From: a virus
Lineage: Duplodnaviria > Caudoviricetes
Reading direction: 5' to 3' (one strand)
Virus record (IMG/VR): IMGVR_UViG_3300020047_001679
Span: 500-64,499 of that record
Length of the DNA: 64,000 nt
The position numbers and the translations under genes were made by a program. This document shows, piece after piece, positions 19,824 through 28,956 of the stretch (position 1 is the first letter of the stretch; each line of letters begins with the position of its first letter). The notes under the pieces are model-generated. The model saw nothing but the letters and a program-made list of their open reading frames with translations. It was not told the origin of the DNA and did no database searches.

Positions 19824-20040
19824 AAGTGTAGTCGTAATAAGTTTCTGCATCAAACACAGGATTAATAATCTTTTCTTCTCTTACTCTTAAACCTTTCTCA
19901 TAGCCATCGTTCCAAGCATCAATTATTTGCTCCTTCTCCATTTCTTTGGCTTGTTCAATAAGTCTACTCCATTCTTCTTCCTCATAACACCTAATTATCT
20001 TATCAAATACCCATTCTACCGCTGTTTGTTTATTTTCCAT
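19813..20040 (-). CDS. Small protein of the MENK.TAV.W family
   Basis: TAVEW..QAKEMEKEQIIDAW..AETYYDYTYGK. Confidence 0.7.
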   Translation of the reverse strand: MENKQTAVEWVFDKIIRCYEEEEWSRLIEQAKEMEKEQIIDAWNDGYEKGLRVREEKIINPVFDAETYYDYTYGK

Positions 20041-20041
20041 A

Positions 20042-20284
20042 TCATCTATATTTTCTAATTACTTCAAACGTTTTTTTGATATCATTTAGCTGCATTACTT
20101 TACCTTCTTTGTTGGGGTAAAACGCGATCGTGAACCCATGGTTGCCAAGATAATAATCTTCCTTCTTGATTCTATTTCCGTTTACGCTGTCAAGATATAT
20201 CCAAGGGTAGTTACCAAACAATTGAACCTCGATGCCTATCTTCTTAAGCCTAGGCACTAATCTGTTGATTACGTTATCTTCCAT
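20042..20284 (-). CDS. Hypothetical protein
   Basis: GNYPWIYLDSVNG; tightly packed in the operon. Confidence 0.65.
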   Translation of the reverse strand: MEDNVINRLVPRLKKIGIEVQLFGNYPWIYLDSVNGNRIKKEDYYLGNHGFTIAFYPNKEGKVMQLNDIKKTFEVIRKYR

Positions 20285-20499
20285 CAGTGTAGTAAAGTAT
20301 TTACGTCTATATCGTTTTCACTCATTATTTCTCGGAACTTATCTCGGAACCTTACAGCCTCCTCATCGTCTGCGTGCTTATACTGACCTCTTAGCCATTG
20401 GTCGTACTCATTGATAGCTAAGGCCATATTTAATGACAGGTTACATCTCTTGTAATCCTCATTATCATCTGGTAGATTAAAAATTAATTTTGCTTTCAT
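20284..20499 (-). CDS. Hypothetical phage protein
   Basis: MKAKLIFNLPDD start; coupled to neighbouring genes. Confidence 0.65.
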   Translation of the reverse strand: MKAKLIFNLPDDNEDYKRCNLSLNMALAINEYDQWLRGQYKHADDEEAVRFRDKFREIMSENDIDVNTLLH

Positions 20500-21212
20500 A
20501 TTGTGCCAAATTTTACTTCGTCGTCTTCGATTATTAAGTACTCTCTTGATGTTCCTAGTGTGTCAATCAAGTGGTATCTACCACCGGTTGCGTTGCCTTC
20601 TCTATCCATGCGTTTTACTTGGGTGTGCCCAACGACTTGGATGAATCGGTCACGTAGCGTTTCTCTGTTGGAAACAATCAATGATCGAGGTCGTATCCAA
20701 ATCGGTGAAGATATCACGCTATCTCCATAAGGATCCCAACCTGCAAACTTAAATGCTCGTGGTGTAAACTCCCACAAATCATTTACAATTTGTGCCACAT
20801 CTGCGTCGTTATTGTCCTTGTACTCCTTAGAGTGCAACTCTAACCAGTCGTGGCTAACACCTGCGTGAGAGAATAAAAACTCATCCATCTGATAACACAT
20901 CTGCAAGTGATGAAGGTTGTTGTGAAACAAATCATTGATCGCAGCAGCAGCTCCTGCTTGGTATCCAGAGTAGTGCTCAGAGCCATCTATGTAATGTTTG
21001 CAATGGTTTCCGATTAACAATATAACCTCCGACTCACCCGACTCCTTAAACTCAATAATTTCTTTGAAGTTGTGCATCTGCTCAGCCGCAGTATAATCAT
21101 CGTAACTATCAAAGTAGTCGCCAATTAATACAACTCTGTCCGCACTCTCCTTTGCTACGATATCTTTCCAGATTGTTCTGCCGTGGATATCTCCGATTGC
21201 TATGGTTTTCAT
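20496..21212 (-). CDS. Metallophosphoesterase (phosphatase-like)
   Basis: GDIHG, GDYFD, GNH, SHAG and VGHT motifs. Confidence 0.85.
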   Translation of the reverse strand: MKTIAIGDIHGRTIWKDIVAKESADRVVLIGDYFDSYDDYTAAEQMHNFKEIIEFKESGESEVILLIGNHCKHYIDGSEHYSGYQAGAAAAINDLFHNNLHHLQMCYQMDEFLFSHAGVSHDWLELHSKEYKDNNDADVAQIVNDLWEFTPRAFKFAGWDPYGDSVISSPIWIRPRSLIVSNRETLRDRFIQVVGHTQVKRMDREGNATGGRYHLIDTLGTSREYLIIEDDEVKFGTI

Positions 21213-21529
21213 ATCTCGTTTAGTTTAGCTCTAGCCCACTCAGCACCTCTCCGGAATGCTATCTGCAGATTTGAATTATCTTCTAATCTCATGTAACCAA
21301 CGTTCACATGTGGATATCTTCTGTATGCTTCAGCAAGAATATCATCATCACTTACTCCTACATTCCAAGACTTGTAAGCCTTCTCAAATGTAGACTCAAA
21401 CTCTAGACCAGCAAATCTGCTCATCACATGAAATATTTGCGTCAAATCATCCATATCGCTATCGTATGGCGTCTCAACAGTAAGCGTCTTACCGTCGACT
21501 TTAATTGTTAAAATAATTGGTTGTGTCAT
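21209..21529 (-). CDS. Hypothetical protein
   Basis: Overlaps the genes on both sides by 4 nt. Confidence 0.55.
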   Translation of the reverse strand: MTQPIILTIKVDGKTLTVETPYDSDMDDLTQIFHVMSRFAGLEFESTFEKAYKSWNVGVSDDDILAEAYRRYPHVNVGYMRLEDNSNLQIAFRRGAEWARAKLNEI

Positions 21530-23904
21530 ATCAAGTCTAATTGTTTATTGGATTTAGATGGGAACACCATTGATTTACCTGCTCCATCTCTACTCTCTAA
21601 TGGATTCATGCCTGTTAAATACAAGCAGTACGTGCGTAGCCATGAGTTGAATCGTTGCTTAGACAACATCCTAAACATTCCGTTGTTGTCCGCTATGAAC
21701 TTATCAAACACATCATCTGGTCTGAAGCGATGATTAATCGGCATCAATGTAGGACCAAACTCATGTACCCACTCCGCAAACTCAGCGTTCGTCTCTGCCC
21801 TGAACTTACGTTCCTTCAGATTCACAAAGTTGCACTTCACGAGTCCAGTCTTTAGATAACTCTGCAATAACTTAATCATGTAGTTATCAAAGGCACACCA
21901 ATCCTTCTCGTTCCAATCGTTGAACAGCAACCGGCCGAACTCATCCTGGGGCGTGAAGTCCTTGGTGTAAAACTGCTTGAACTCCATCTCCCACTTACGT
22001 CTCTCAAACGAGTTACCCTTACCTTGGATAGCGTAGTTAGTTGTGATCACCACCTTAGGTGATTTGTGAAATGGAATCTTTATTGCGTCCTTGTTCTTAC
22101 GCTCAACCGTAATACCCTCAGTGACTACCGAGAACAAACGCTCAAAGTCAAAGTTCTTCTTCACGTCATCGAACACCAACACCTGCGTGTCTGTGCTAAC
22201 TAGCTGATAAGCAAATGACTTGTCAAACGAGAACGACTTACCATCAATAGTCACCGCCTTCTTCATTCGGCTGATTCCATTCATAAACAAGCCCTTACCC
22301 GTACCACCCTCAGGGTTCTCCGAGATCACCTCATCGTTAATGATCACCGCAGGGCAGTAGCCACCGTTCTTGAATGCGTGAAGGATAAACCCGATCGTTG
22401 ACTCAATCGACGCCACACGTTGGTCATCATTGCCACCAATGTTGCGGATAAACGTCTTGTAGTCACACTCATCAGATGGGCAGAACTTGAAGTCACGCTG
22501 GATAACTTGGTCTGACCACACGTAGCCACCAAGGTCTTCGTAGTTCAAGAGCACCGTTTTGTCCTTAGTCACCTTCACTACACCATTTCTAAAGTACAGA
22601 TACGCCTCATCCTTCGTATCCTCCACAAAGTAGATGCTCACCGACTCAAGCATAGATAGGAAGTCCTCTCTAAAAAACCTGGTCTTATCTGCGAAGTAGT
22701 TATACACACTAAGGTCTTGGAAGTTATTAAGGATGTGGTCAAGCACAAAGTCCTTGATGTCATCCTCAGTACACATCTCAATTAGATTCTGATTGATGCG
22801 TACAAAAATAAATCCCTTGTTTCCTTCTGGTGTATACTTTCGGTATCCACTATTCTCCAAGAATGTCTTTAGCTCATAGTGCACCAAACTCACCACACCT
22901 TTGTCACTCTTAGTCCAGAACGTGTTCTTGCTCTGCTCCTCCTCGATTCGAGTCATCACTGAATCAATAATACCGTCCTTAACCCCGGAGGCTTGCAGTT
23001 GAGAACGGACTTCTTTTTTTGGCACACCTCTGCTTAGCTGTGTCTTTGCGTAGTCAATACGTACCGTGTCCTCGAAGTACTTCGTGGCATGCTTATCCAA
23101 ATGCTTGTAAGCCGAATCCACAATGGACTTAATCTCATCTTGATGGAAGTCCTCAGTAGCAAAGTTCATTAAGCGATACATCGCATCACCCTTGTGTATG
23201 CCATACTCATTGAACGCCATCGCTAGTACGTACAAGTTATTGTTGCGTGCACCTGACACGAACCCAAACTTATTATCCCACCACTTAGCCAAACGGCTAA
23301 TTATCTCGTCCTCATCATCGATCGCAATCGTTGGTCGCATGTCCTTGGTCATGTGCTCAATCTCGCCTTCCTCAATCTTGTTCCACTCTTGTGAGTTAAT
23401 GTTCACGTAAATGGTCGGATCGTAAGACTCGTAGCACACACGTGACACGTTCTTGGATGTCTTGTCAAACTGCTCGCAGTTGTAGTAGTTCTCTAAGGCA
23501 TTGAAGAATGTCTTATGCTTAGAGGTATCCGCTGGTATCTTAACCAACACCTTCAGGCCATTACCTGATGGTGAGATAAACACAGCGAATGTGTATGGGT
23601 CATTAGCCAACTCATCCTTCTTGGCTAGTATCTCATCATTTGATGGGAAGTCATCGAAGTCCAAACATATCAGACCACTATGCTCCAACAATGCTGAGTC
23701 CTCACGCTTAGAGAATTTTCCAGAGAAGCAAATTGCTGGCAGTTCCTGCTTGAGCTTATTGCGGGTCTCCTTGTCCTTCTCCAATCTAATCTTGCGGACT
23801 AGATCCTTGGACTTGCCGTCCTTCACCCTGGCTAGTATAGCTAGGACATCCCGATAGAATGGTACGGACGTTTCCTTGATGTTTGAAAATATAGTTACTT
23901 GCAT
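21526..23904 (-). CDS. Primase-helicase (BT4734/VirE-N-like + PriCT + SF3-like P-loop + C-terminal winged-helix-like domain)
   Basis: KQELPAICFSG, LDFD, SPSGNGLK, GARNNNL, GGTGKG, VFDDV and ITTN motifs. Confidence 0.85.
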   Translation of the reverse strand: MQVTIFSNIKETSVPFYRDVLAILARVKDGKSKDLVRKIRLEKDKETRNKLKQELPAICFSGKFSKREDSALLEHSGLICLDFDDFPSNDEILAKKDELANDPYTFAVFISPSGNGLKVLVKIPADTSKHKTFFNALENYYNCEQFDKTSKNVSRVCYESYDPTIYVNINSQEWNKIEEGEIEHMTKDMRPTIAIDDEDEIISRLAKWWDNKFGFVSGARNNNLYVLAMAFNEYGIHKGDAMYRLMNFATEDFHQDEIKSIVDSAYKHLDKHATKYFEDTVRIDYAKTQLSRGVPKKEVRSQLQASGVKDGIIDSVMTRIEEEQSKNTFWTKSDKGVVSLVHYELKTFLENSGYRKYTPEGNKGFIFVRINQNLIEMCTEDDIKDFVLDHILNNFQDLSVYNYFADKTRFFREDFLSMLESVSIYFVEDTKDEAYLYFRNGVVKVTKDKTVLLNYEDLGGYVWSDQVIQRDFKFCPSDECDYKTFIRNIGGNDDQRVASIESTIGFILHAFKNGGYCPAVIINDEVISENPEGGTGKGLFMNGISRMKKAVTIDGKSFSFDKSFAYQLVSTDTQVLVFDDVKKNFDFERLFSVVTEGITVERKNKDAIKIPFHKSPKVVITTNYAIQGKGNSFERRKWEMEFKQFYTKDFTPQDEFGRLLFNDWNEKDWCAFDNYMIKLLQSYLKTGLVKCNFVNLKERKFRAETNAEFAEWVHEFGPTLMPINHRFRPDDVFDKFIADNNGMFRMLSKQRFNSWLRTYCLYLTGMNPLESRDGAGKSMVFPSKSNKQLDLI

Positions 23905-24194
23905 TTGTGTACTGGTGGTTCAAAGTTTTCTTCTAAGTATTGTGCTAAAGAACTGTATTCTGATTCCAAAAATTCATCATAAACATCCTCCCAAGATAAC
24001 TTAGGCTTCTCTTGCGTAAAACCATCTAAGGTGTATTCGGTGTGAGATAGCAATTCAATCTGCAAGTAGTTGAAATAATAGTTAGCACCAGGCTTGTACT
24101 TATCAAAGTCAACAAGTAAATCTTCTTTAATGATTTCTTTAACTGTACCCCACCCATGTTGGATGTGAAATACTCTGTCGTTTATGTCGAACAT
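23895..24194 (-). CDS. Hypothetical protein, paralogue of 27620-28030
   Basis: DRVFHIQHGWGTV..LSHTEYTLDGFTQEKP. Confidence 0.65.
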   Translation of the reverse strand: MFDINDRVFHIQHGWGTVKEIIKEDLLVDFDKYKPGANYYFNYLQIELLSHTEYTLDGFTQEKPKLSWEDVYDEFLESEYSSLAQYLEENFEPPVHKCK

Positions 24195-24207
24195 ATCGTT
24201 TATTAGA

Positions 24208-24705
24208 TTAAAGTTTGCAATTGTTTTTTGCTTCTTGAGCATCCTTTAGTGTTTTATAACCGCTTTTTCTTTCAAAAAAATAATACTCGTGAGATTCTTT
24301 GTCAAAAAATATTTCATCTATATAGTCTATTTTATTTTGATTTGCCTTAGAATGATTTACATTTTCCTTTGAAGTAACCCATTCTAAATTAACCAATCTA
24401 TTATCGTCTCTTATACTGTTCTTGTGATTGACATAAATCCTTTCGATATCTTTCTTTAAAAATGTTAAAGCAATTAATCTGTGTATGTAGAAGATTTTTG
24501 ATTTATTGTCTTTTCTTAATGCAACCACAGTGTATCCGTTGTCTCTCTTAACAGGAGTTAATACTCTAGCCCCCTTTCGACTTAAGCTAATTATGTTTCC
24601 ATCTACCGAAGCTAGATATCCATCATATCCTGGTATAGCTTTATACTTAGGATCATAAACCAACATTTTGTGGGCATTAACAATAAAACTTATACTATCT
24701 GACAT
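24208..24705 (-). CDS. NUMOD4-HNH homing endonuclease
   Basis: IPGYDGYLASVDGNI, HRLIA, VNHKNSIRDDNRLVNLEW. Confidence 0.85.
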   Translation of the reverse strand: MSDSISFIVNAHKMLVYDPKYKAIPGYDGYLASVDGNIISLSRKGARVLTPVKRDNGYTVVALRKDNKSKIFYIHRLIALTFLKKDIERIYVNHKNSIRDDNRLVNLEWVTSKENVNHSKANQNKIDYIDEIFFDKESHEYYFFERKSGYKTLKDAQEAKNNCKL

Positions 24706-24898
24706 ATTTTACAGTTTTGTACATTAAAGTTTGCATAAGCTAACTTACTTATTATTAGTTAGTTATATATTCTTTTTATGATTAAATGTACAAAATGTAC
24801 AAAATAAAGGAGAATATTAGAAAAAAATAATTCATGTAGAAATATAAAATTATATATAAGCTAATGTTCCTCTACTTTGTACATTTGTACACCTAGGA
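24706..24898. other. Putative replication origin
   Basis: AT-rich gap with five TGTACA copies and an interrupted palindrome CTAACT..AGTTAG, between SSB and the primase region. Confidence 0.5.
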
Positions 24899-25213
24899 TC
24901 AGAAGGGGAGATCTAATGAATCCTCAACCACTTCTGGTGCAGTAGCTGGCTTCGACGTAGAGCCACTTTGCTTGGCCGTAGAGCCACCATCGGATGACCA
25001 TACGAGCTTCGCATTGCCAAGGTAAACTTTAGGGGCTTTAGCCTCACGTTCTTCTTGTGTTTGAGACTCATAGATACTAGCAGTATTGCCATACTGGTCT
25101 GCCTCGTCATTAATCGAGATAGTTACATTTGCGTAAGTACCTTTTTTGCCTTCCACTAATTTAGATTTAGTGATTTTTTTTACATCTAATGATGCTGAAA
25201 ATAATTGTGCCAT
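24899..25213 (-). CDS. Putative single-stranded DNA-binding protein
   Basis: GKKGTY..DQYGN..VYLGN core with a flexible acidic tail ending DLPF. Confidence 0.65.
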   Translation of the reverse strand: MAQLFSASLDVKKITKSKLVEGKKGTYANVTISINDEADQYGNTASIYESQTQEEREAKAPKVYLGNAKLVWSSDGGSTAKQSGSTSKPATAPEVVEDSLDLPF

Positions 25214-25219
25214 AATTGT

Positions 25220-25471
25220 TTATTGTTTAGTAATAATTAATGTTCCTGTTACTTCTACTAGTTTGTCTGTTTTATCTTCCATGAAATAATACCCATCAGA
25301 ACCATTTTCGCTTAAAACTTTGCCTGAAGAAATCCATTTGTGAGTTATTGTCCCATCACAGTTAACTAATTCAACCGAGAACTTATCTCCAAGTCCTCCA
25401 AGTTTTGATTGTTGTGCGTCTGTACATCCAAATGCTACGACAGCGGTGATTAATAATGCAATCTTTTTCAT
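25220..25471 (-). CDS. Small lipoprotein
   Basis: MKK, hydrophobic stretch, then AFGC lipobox. Confidence 0.65.
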   Translation of the reverse strand: MKKIALLITAVVAFGCTDAQQSKLGGLGDKFSVELVNCDGTITHKWISSGKVLSENGSDGYYFMEDKTDKLVEVTGTLIITKQ

Positions 25472-25533
25472 TTTATTTATTGTTTAATTGTTTATCTAAC
25501 TAGTTAATTAAGCCTTATCTAAGACCTATGTTT

Positions 25534-25755
25534 TTAATCATTCATAAATTCATTTGTAAAACCAGTCGAACAAATGCCCTCATAGACTTGAACATTACCA
25601 TGATTAACTATGATAGTACAGTGTGGATGATAATTATCATTTAATAGTTTCATCAATGGCTTAGCTGCTTCAAATAATATTGCAGATTCGCTACCTGGTT
25701 CAAGAATGCTAATGTGTGGCTCTTGATTTTCAATTGTTGTTTTTAAATCTTTCAT
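25534..25755 (-). CDS. Small conserved phage protein (AAKPL..L..N.HPH)
   Basis: FEAAKPLMKLLNDNYHPHCTIIV. Confidence 0.65.
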   Translation of the reverse strand: MKDLKTTIENQEPHISILEPGSESAILFEAAKPLMKLLNDNYHPHCTIIVNHGNVQVYEGICSTGFTNEFMND

Positions 25756-25782
25756 TTGTTTGTTTGTTTAATTGTTTAATTG

Positions 25783-25938
25783 TTATTTTAATTGCTCTAA
25801 TTGACCTGTTGTCCAATTTTGTAAAAGAATAAGTATTTCTAGCTTTTTCTCATCTGATAAAAATTTAAACTCTGGATGTACAGTGATAATTGTGTTGTTT
25901 GTATCAATTTCTCCATTACTATTTATGTATAAGCTCAT
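25783..25938 (-). CDS. Hypothetical protein, 51 aa (not in ORF track)
   Basis: MSLYINSNGE..LEQLK; ATGA-coupled to the upstream gene. Confidence 0.45.
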   Translation of the reverse strand: MSLYINSNGEIDTNNTIITVHPEFKFLSDEKKLEILILLQNWTTGQLEQLK

Positions 25939-26306
25939 TTTTCTTGTTGCTTAGCTATCTCTATAAGTCTATCTATGCAAGCGTTTTCTGCTTCTTCGTA
26001 AGTAGTAAATGTGTTATCATTTGTTTGTCTAACAACAGATGCAGTAGCTGAATGATTAGGTATATCATATCCCCAACCTACACGTCTTAACCAAAAAAAT
26101 ATATATGAACTTAAATCATACTTCTCCCTAAAAAACTTAAACACTTGTTGTTTAAGTGGCAACGATACTTCCGGCAACTCTAACCAATGATTTCTAGATA
26201 GAATGTATACAATCTGTTCTACTGTATCTGCGGCAAAACACATTTCATCAAACCCTAATTCCTTTAAGGCTAATGCTTGCTCGTATGTTACAAATTCTTT
26301 TTCCAT
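25935..26306 (-). CDS. Hypothetical phage protein
   Basis: MEKEFVTYEQALALKELGFDE..TYEEAENACID; start moved to MEKEF. Confidence 0.65.
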   Translation of the reverse strand: MEKEFVTYEQALALKELGFDEMCFAADTVEQIVYILSRNHWLELPEVSLPLKQQVFKFFREKYDLSSYIFFWLRRVGWGYDIPNHSATASVVRQTNDNTFTTYEEAENACIDRLIEIAKQQEK

Positions 26307-26311
26307 TTTAT

Positions 26312-26503
26312 TTATATTTTTTTGATTAAAAATGTAATACCGTCTTCTGACATAATAATACCGTTGCATTTCTTTAGAAACGGAATATACTTTTCATGCG
26401 CAAATTCGACTATCTCTTCTAAGCTAATATGAATTCTTTCGCCTGGTTGTTTTTCTACTTCTTTATCATCAAAGTCACCAGAAAATGATTTTGTTATTTT
26501 CAT
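26312..26503 (-). CDS. Hypothetical protein
   Basis: A-rich initiation region; fills the gap between genes. Confidence 0.5.
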   Translation of the reverse strand: MKITKSFSGDFDDKEVEKQPGERIHISLEEIVEFAHEKYIPFLKKCNGIIMSEDGITFLIKKI

Positions 26504-26556
26504 TTTATTTATTGTTAAATTGTTTATTTAAATTATCATACATTTTAATGATATTA

Positions 26557-26898
26557 TTAATTATCATTCATTTCAGCGATTTTACAAATTATTTTATTTA
26601 TTTCTTCCGCGATAAATCCAGTTAAATACGCTTGTGGCTCATCATTGTTTCGATCTAATTGTATATTGCACTTTATAAAAATTTCGTTTACTACATGAAC
26701 TATCTCATGGCAAATAACAGACCAGTCTGGTCTTTTAATTACTAATACAATAATATCACCATGATTGAATACGAATCCATCGTAATTCTCATTTGAAAAA
26801 CTAGTATTATAAAATGTATTTAACTTTGAGAAATCATTAACAATAACAATATCTAATTCCTGAAAATATAATGGTATTGAAATTCGTGTCTTTTTCAT
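26557..26898 (-). CDS. HExxH-motif protein
   Basis: CHEIVH..NDEPQAYL. Confidence 0.55.
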   Translation of the reverse strand: MKKTRISIPLYFQELDIVIVNDFSKLNTFYNTSFSNENYDGFVFNHGDIIVLVIKRPDWSVICHEIVHVVNEIFIKCNIQLDRNNDEPQAYLTGFIAEEINKIICKIAEMNDN

Positions 26899-26904
26899 GA
26901 TCCA

Positions 26905-27633
26905 TTATAGCGTTTCTAATTTAAAATACTGAGTAATGTCATCGGTCGCATTGGGCCCGAAGAACTTTTGGTATACATCGATAGCCTTGTAGACCTTCTC
27001 TCTGCCACGATCCAAGAACTCATCTGAGCATTCAAATAAGCCCGTACGACAGCTATCTTTCTCTACTGCGATAAACACCATAGGCTTACCGAATAACTGA
27101 TTGTAGATGTAAGCCTGGGAGTCGTAGTTATACTTGCGTGCAGAGAACTTGAAGTCATCAAGGTCAGCCGTGGTCTTGAGGTCAATAAGAATCTCATCTC
27201 CTACAATGTCTGACTTACCTTTCCATTGGATGCCACCAATCTCACCGATGGCCGGAACCTCGTACGCATTAGCTGAGTCACGGATCATGTCGTAAAACGT
27301 AAGGTTGCCCATCAACGCTTTAGCCATGCGTTCACAATCATCAACTTCCTTCTGAAGTAATAACATGTCAGCACCTGAGGAGGCCAACGCATCTTTGTAC
27401 AAGTTAGTCGTACGTGTCGATGCCTCCACTGCCATAAAGTTCTTTAACTTCTCAGGCTCAAGTATGAACGTGTGAAAGTAAGACCCTGCAAGCATAGCAG
27501 GAGTCTTTTCTTTTGCTACGCCAAATTGCGTAGGGTTGTACAATAGAGCACCAATATCTGAGTTAGATAGGTACTGCTTGCCGATGCCAGAGTAGTATTG
27601 GGCATCATCCTTTAGTGTTTCAATTATGCTCAT
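26905..27633 (-). CDS. PD-(D/E)XK exonuclease (RecE/DUF3799-like)
   Basis: YLSNSD, GSYFH..LEP, KGKSD, IDLKTT and YDSQAYIY motifs. Confidence 0.8.
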   Translation of the reverse strand: MSIIETLKDDAQYYSGIGKQYLSNSDIGALLYNPTQFGVAKEKTPAMLAGSYFHTFILEPEKLKNFMAVEASTRTTNLYKDALASSGADMLLLQKEVDDCERMAKALMGNLTFYDMIRDSANAYEVPAIGEIGGIQWKGKSDIVGDEILIDLKTTADLDDFKFSARKYNYDSQAYIYNQLFGKPMVFIAVEKDSCRTGLFECSDEFLDRGREKVYKAIDVYQKFFGPNATDDITQYFKLETL

Positions 27634-28030
27634 TTGCGTATGGGTTAGTTGTTGTTATTTCGATTCCTGCACTCCTCCATCCTAGTGGGTTTTTCGAAGC
27701 TGAAATATAATATGTATTACCATCTTTCTTGACAAAATATCCGACTTCCCATTCGCTTGGAAATTCATTTCTTACCCAACAAATATCACCTGGTTTAGGC
27801 AACTCCTCAGGTCGCTCCTGAGAGAACCCCTGAAGGGTGTATTCGGTGAAGGATAGAGTTGGTTTTTCCCAATTTAATTCTCTGCCATCATGTGTAAACC
27901 AGCATCTCTCCTCAAGGTCAAAACATATACCTACAGGAAATTCTGGCATATCACTATCTATTAATTTAACAGTACCCCACCCATAATGAATATGAAATAC
28001 CCTATCTCCTTTTCTAAATATAGTCTCCAT
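27620..28030 (-). CDS. Hypothetical protein, paralogue of 23895-24194
   Basis: GDRVFHIHYGWGTV..LSFTEYTLQGFSQERP. Confidence 0.65.
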   Translation of the reverse strand: METIFRKGDRVFHIHYGWGTVKLIDSDMPEFPVGICFDLEERCWFTHDGRELNWEKPTLSFTEYTLQGFSQERPEELPKPGDICWVRNEFPSEWEVGYFVKKDGNTYYISASKNPLGWRSAGIEITTTNPYANEHN

Positions 28031-28617
28031 TACTTCTTAAGTTTATTAATTGCTGACTTGACCTCATCTGATAACTCGTACTTCTTGGATAGATTCTTGA
28101 ACACATCCTCAGACTTGAGGCCAATGTTATCAACAACATAGTTGACCACCTTGCTCCAATTTTCATCCCCAACTGCTAACTCCACCTTAGTCGGTGTCTT
28201 AGTCGGTAACTTAGTCGCTGGTTCGTCTTGGAAGTCTTCTTTGTTGTAGATGTTCAATGCTAAACCATGAAGTGCTAATGCTTTAACTGTGCATCGTTGT
28301 ATGGCTTTGTTTACATCAAACGATGTGATCTTCTCTAATCGAATGGATGCGTTACGCATATCCATTATTGGGAGGTATTCCAGATGCTCGATGTTGTTAA
28401 TCGTAACACCAACCTTCACAAATGCAGTCATGCCATCGTGAAAATAATTAACACCTTCTGTAGTCTCAAAGACAGTACGTTGCACGTCTGGGAATTTTTC
28501 TTTTACAGCACTCCAGGCTGTACTCCACGAGATGTAGGATAAGTTACCCCTCTTTTCTACTTTAGACGAGAGGTTGATCGAGGAGAGTACCTCGAATACT
28601 GATTTCGTTTTTTCCAT
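28030..28617 (-). CDS. Sak/Rad52-like ssDNA annealing protein (DUF1071-like)
   Basis: LSYISWSTAW..LPIMD.RN..DVNKAIQRCTVKALALHGLALNIY. Confidence 0.8.
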   Translation of the reverse strand: MEKTKSVFEVLSSINLSSKVEKRGNLSYISWSTAWSAVKEKFPDVQRTVFETTEGVNYFHDGMTAFVKVGVTINNIEHLEYLPIMDMRNASIRLEKITSFDVNKAIQRCTVKALALHGLALNIYNKEDFQDEPATKLPTKTPTKVELAVGDENWSKVVNYVVDNIGLKSEDVFKNLSKKYELSDEVKSAINKLKK

Positions 28618-28647
28618 TATTATATTAAGTTAAAATGATGCACAAAT

Positions 28648-28956
28648 TTAATTTTTTTCCTGAAATAAACAATAGCCAAGCAGTAAATAATTATATAAAT
28701 CTGCAAAGCGTGACTCTAAAGGCTCTGCCTGAGGTAGCCCAGGGTTCTTAATATGGGCCTGCACCGAGCTTAATTGCTTGTCAAAAAAGATTGACCACAC
28801 TTGTAATGGGCTAATGCCCGCACGCTTGGCTGACTCTTTAAAGTTGTGCAGAATATCTGCATTCTCTAGCGTGTACTCAGGTTGCTTTGCCTCTCTGATG
28901 GACATCGCATGGTTATATAGCGTATCGTACGCCTCGTTGAATTGTTCTTGTGTCAT
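28648..28956 (-). CDS. Nucleotide-modification-associated (DUF1599/Nmad1-like) helical protein
   Basis: K..EY....DILHNF..K..EPLESRFADLYNY. Confidence 0.55.
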   Translation of the reverse strand: MTQEQFNEAYDTLYNHAMSIREAKQPEYTLENADILHNFKESAKRAGISPLQVWSIFFDKQLSSVQAHIKNPGLPQAEPLESRFADLYNYLLLGYCLFQEKN

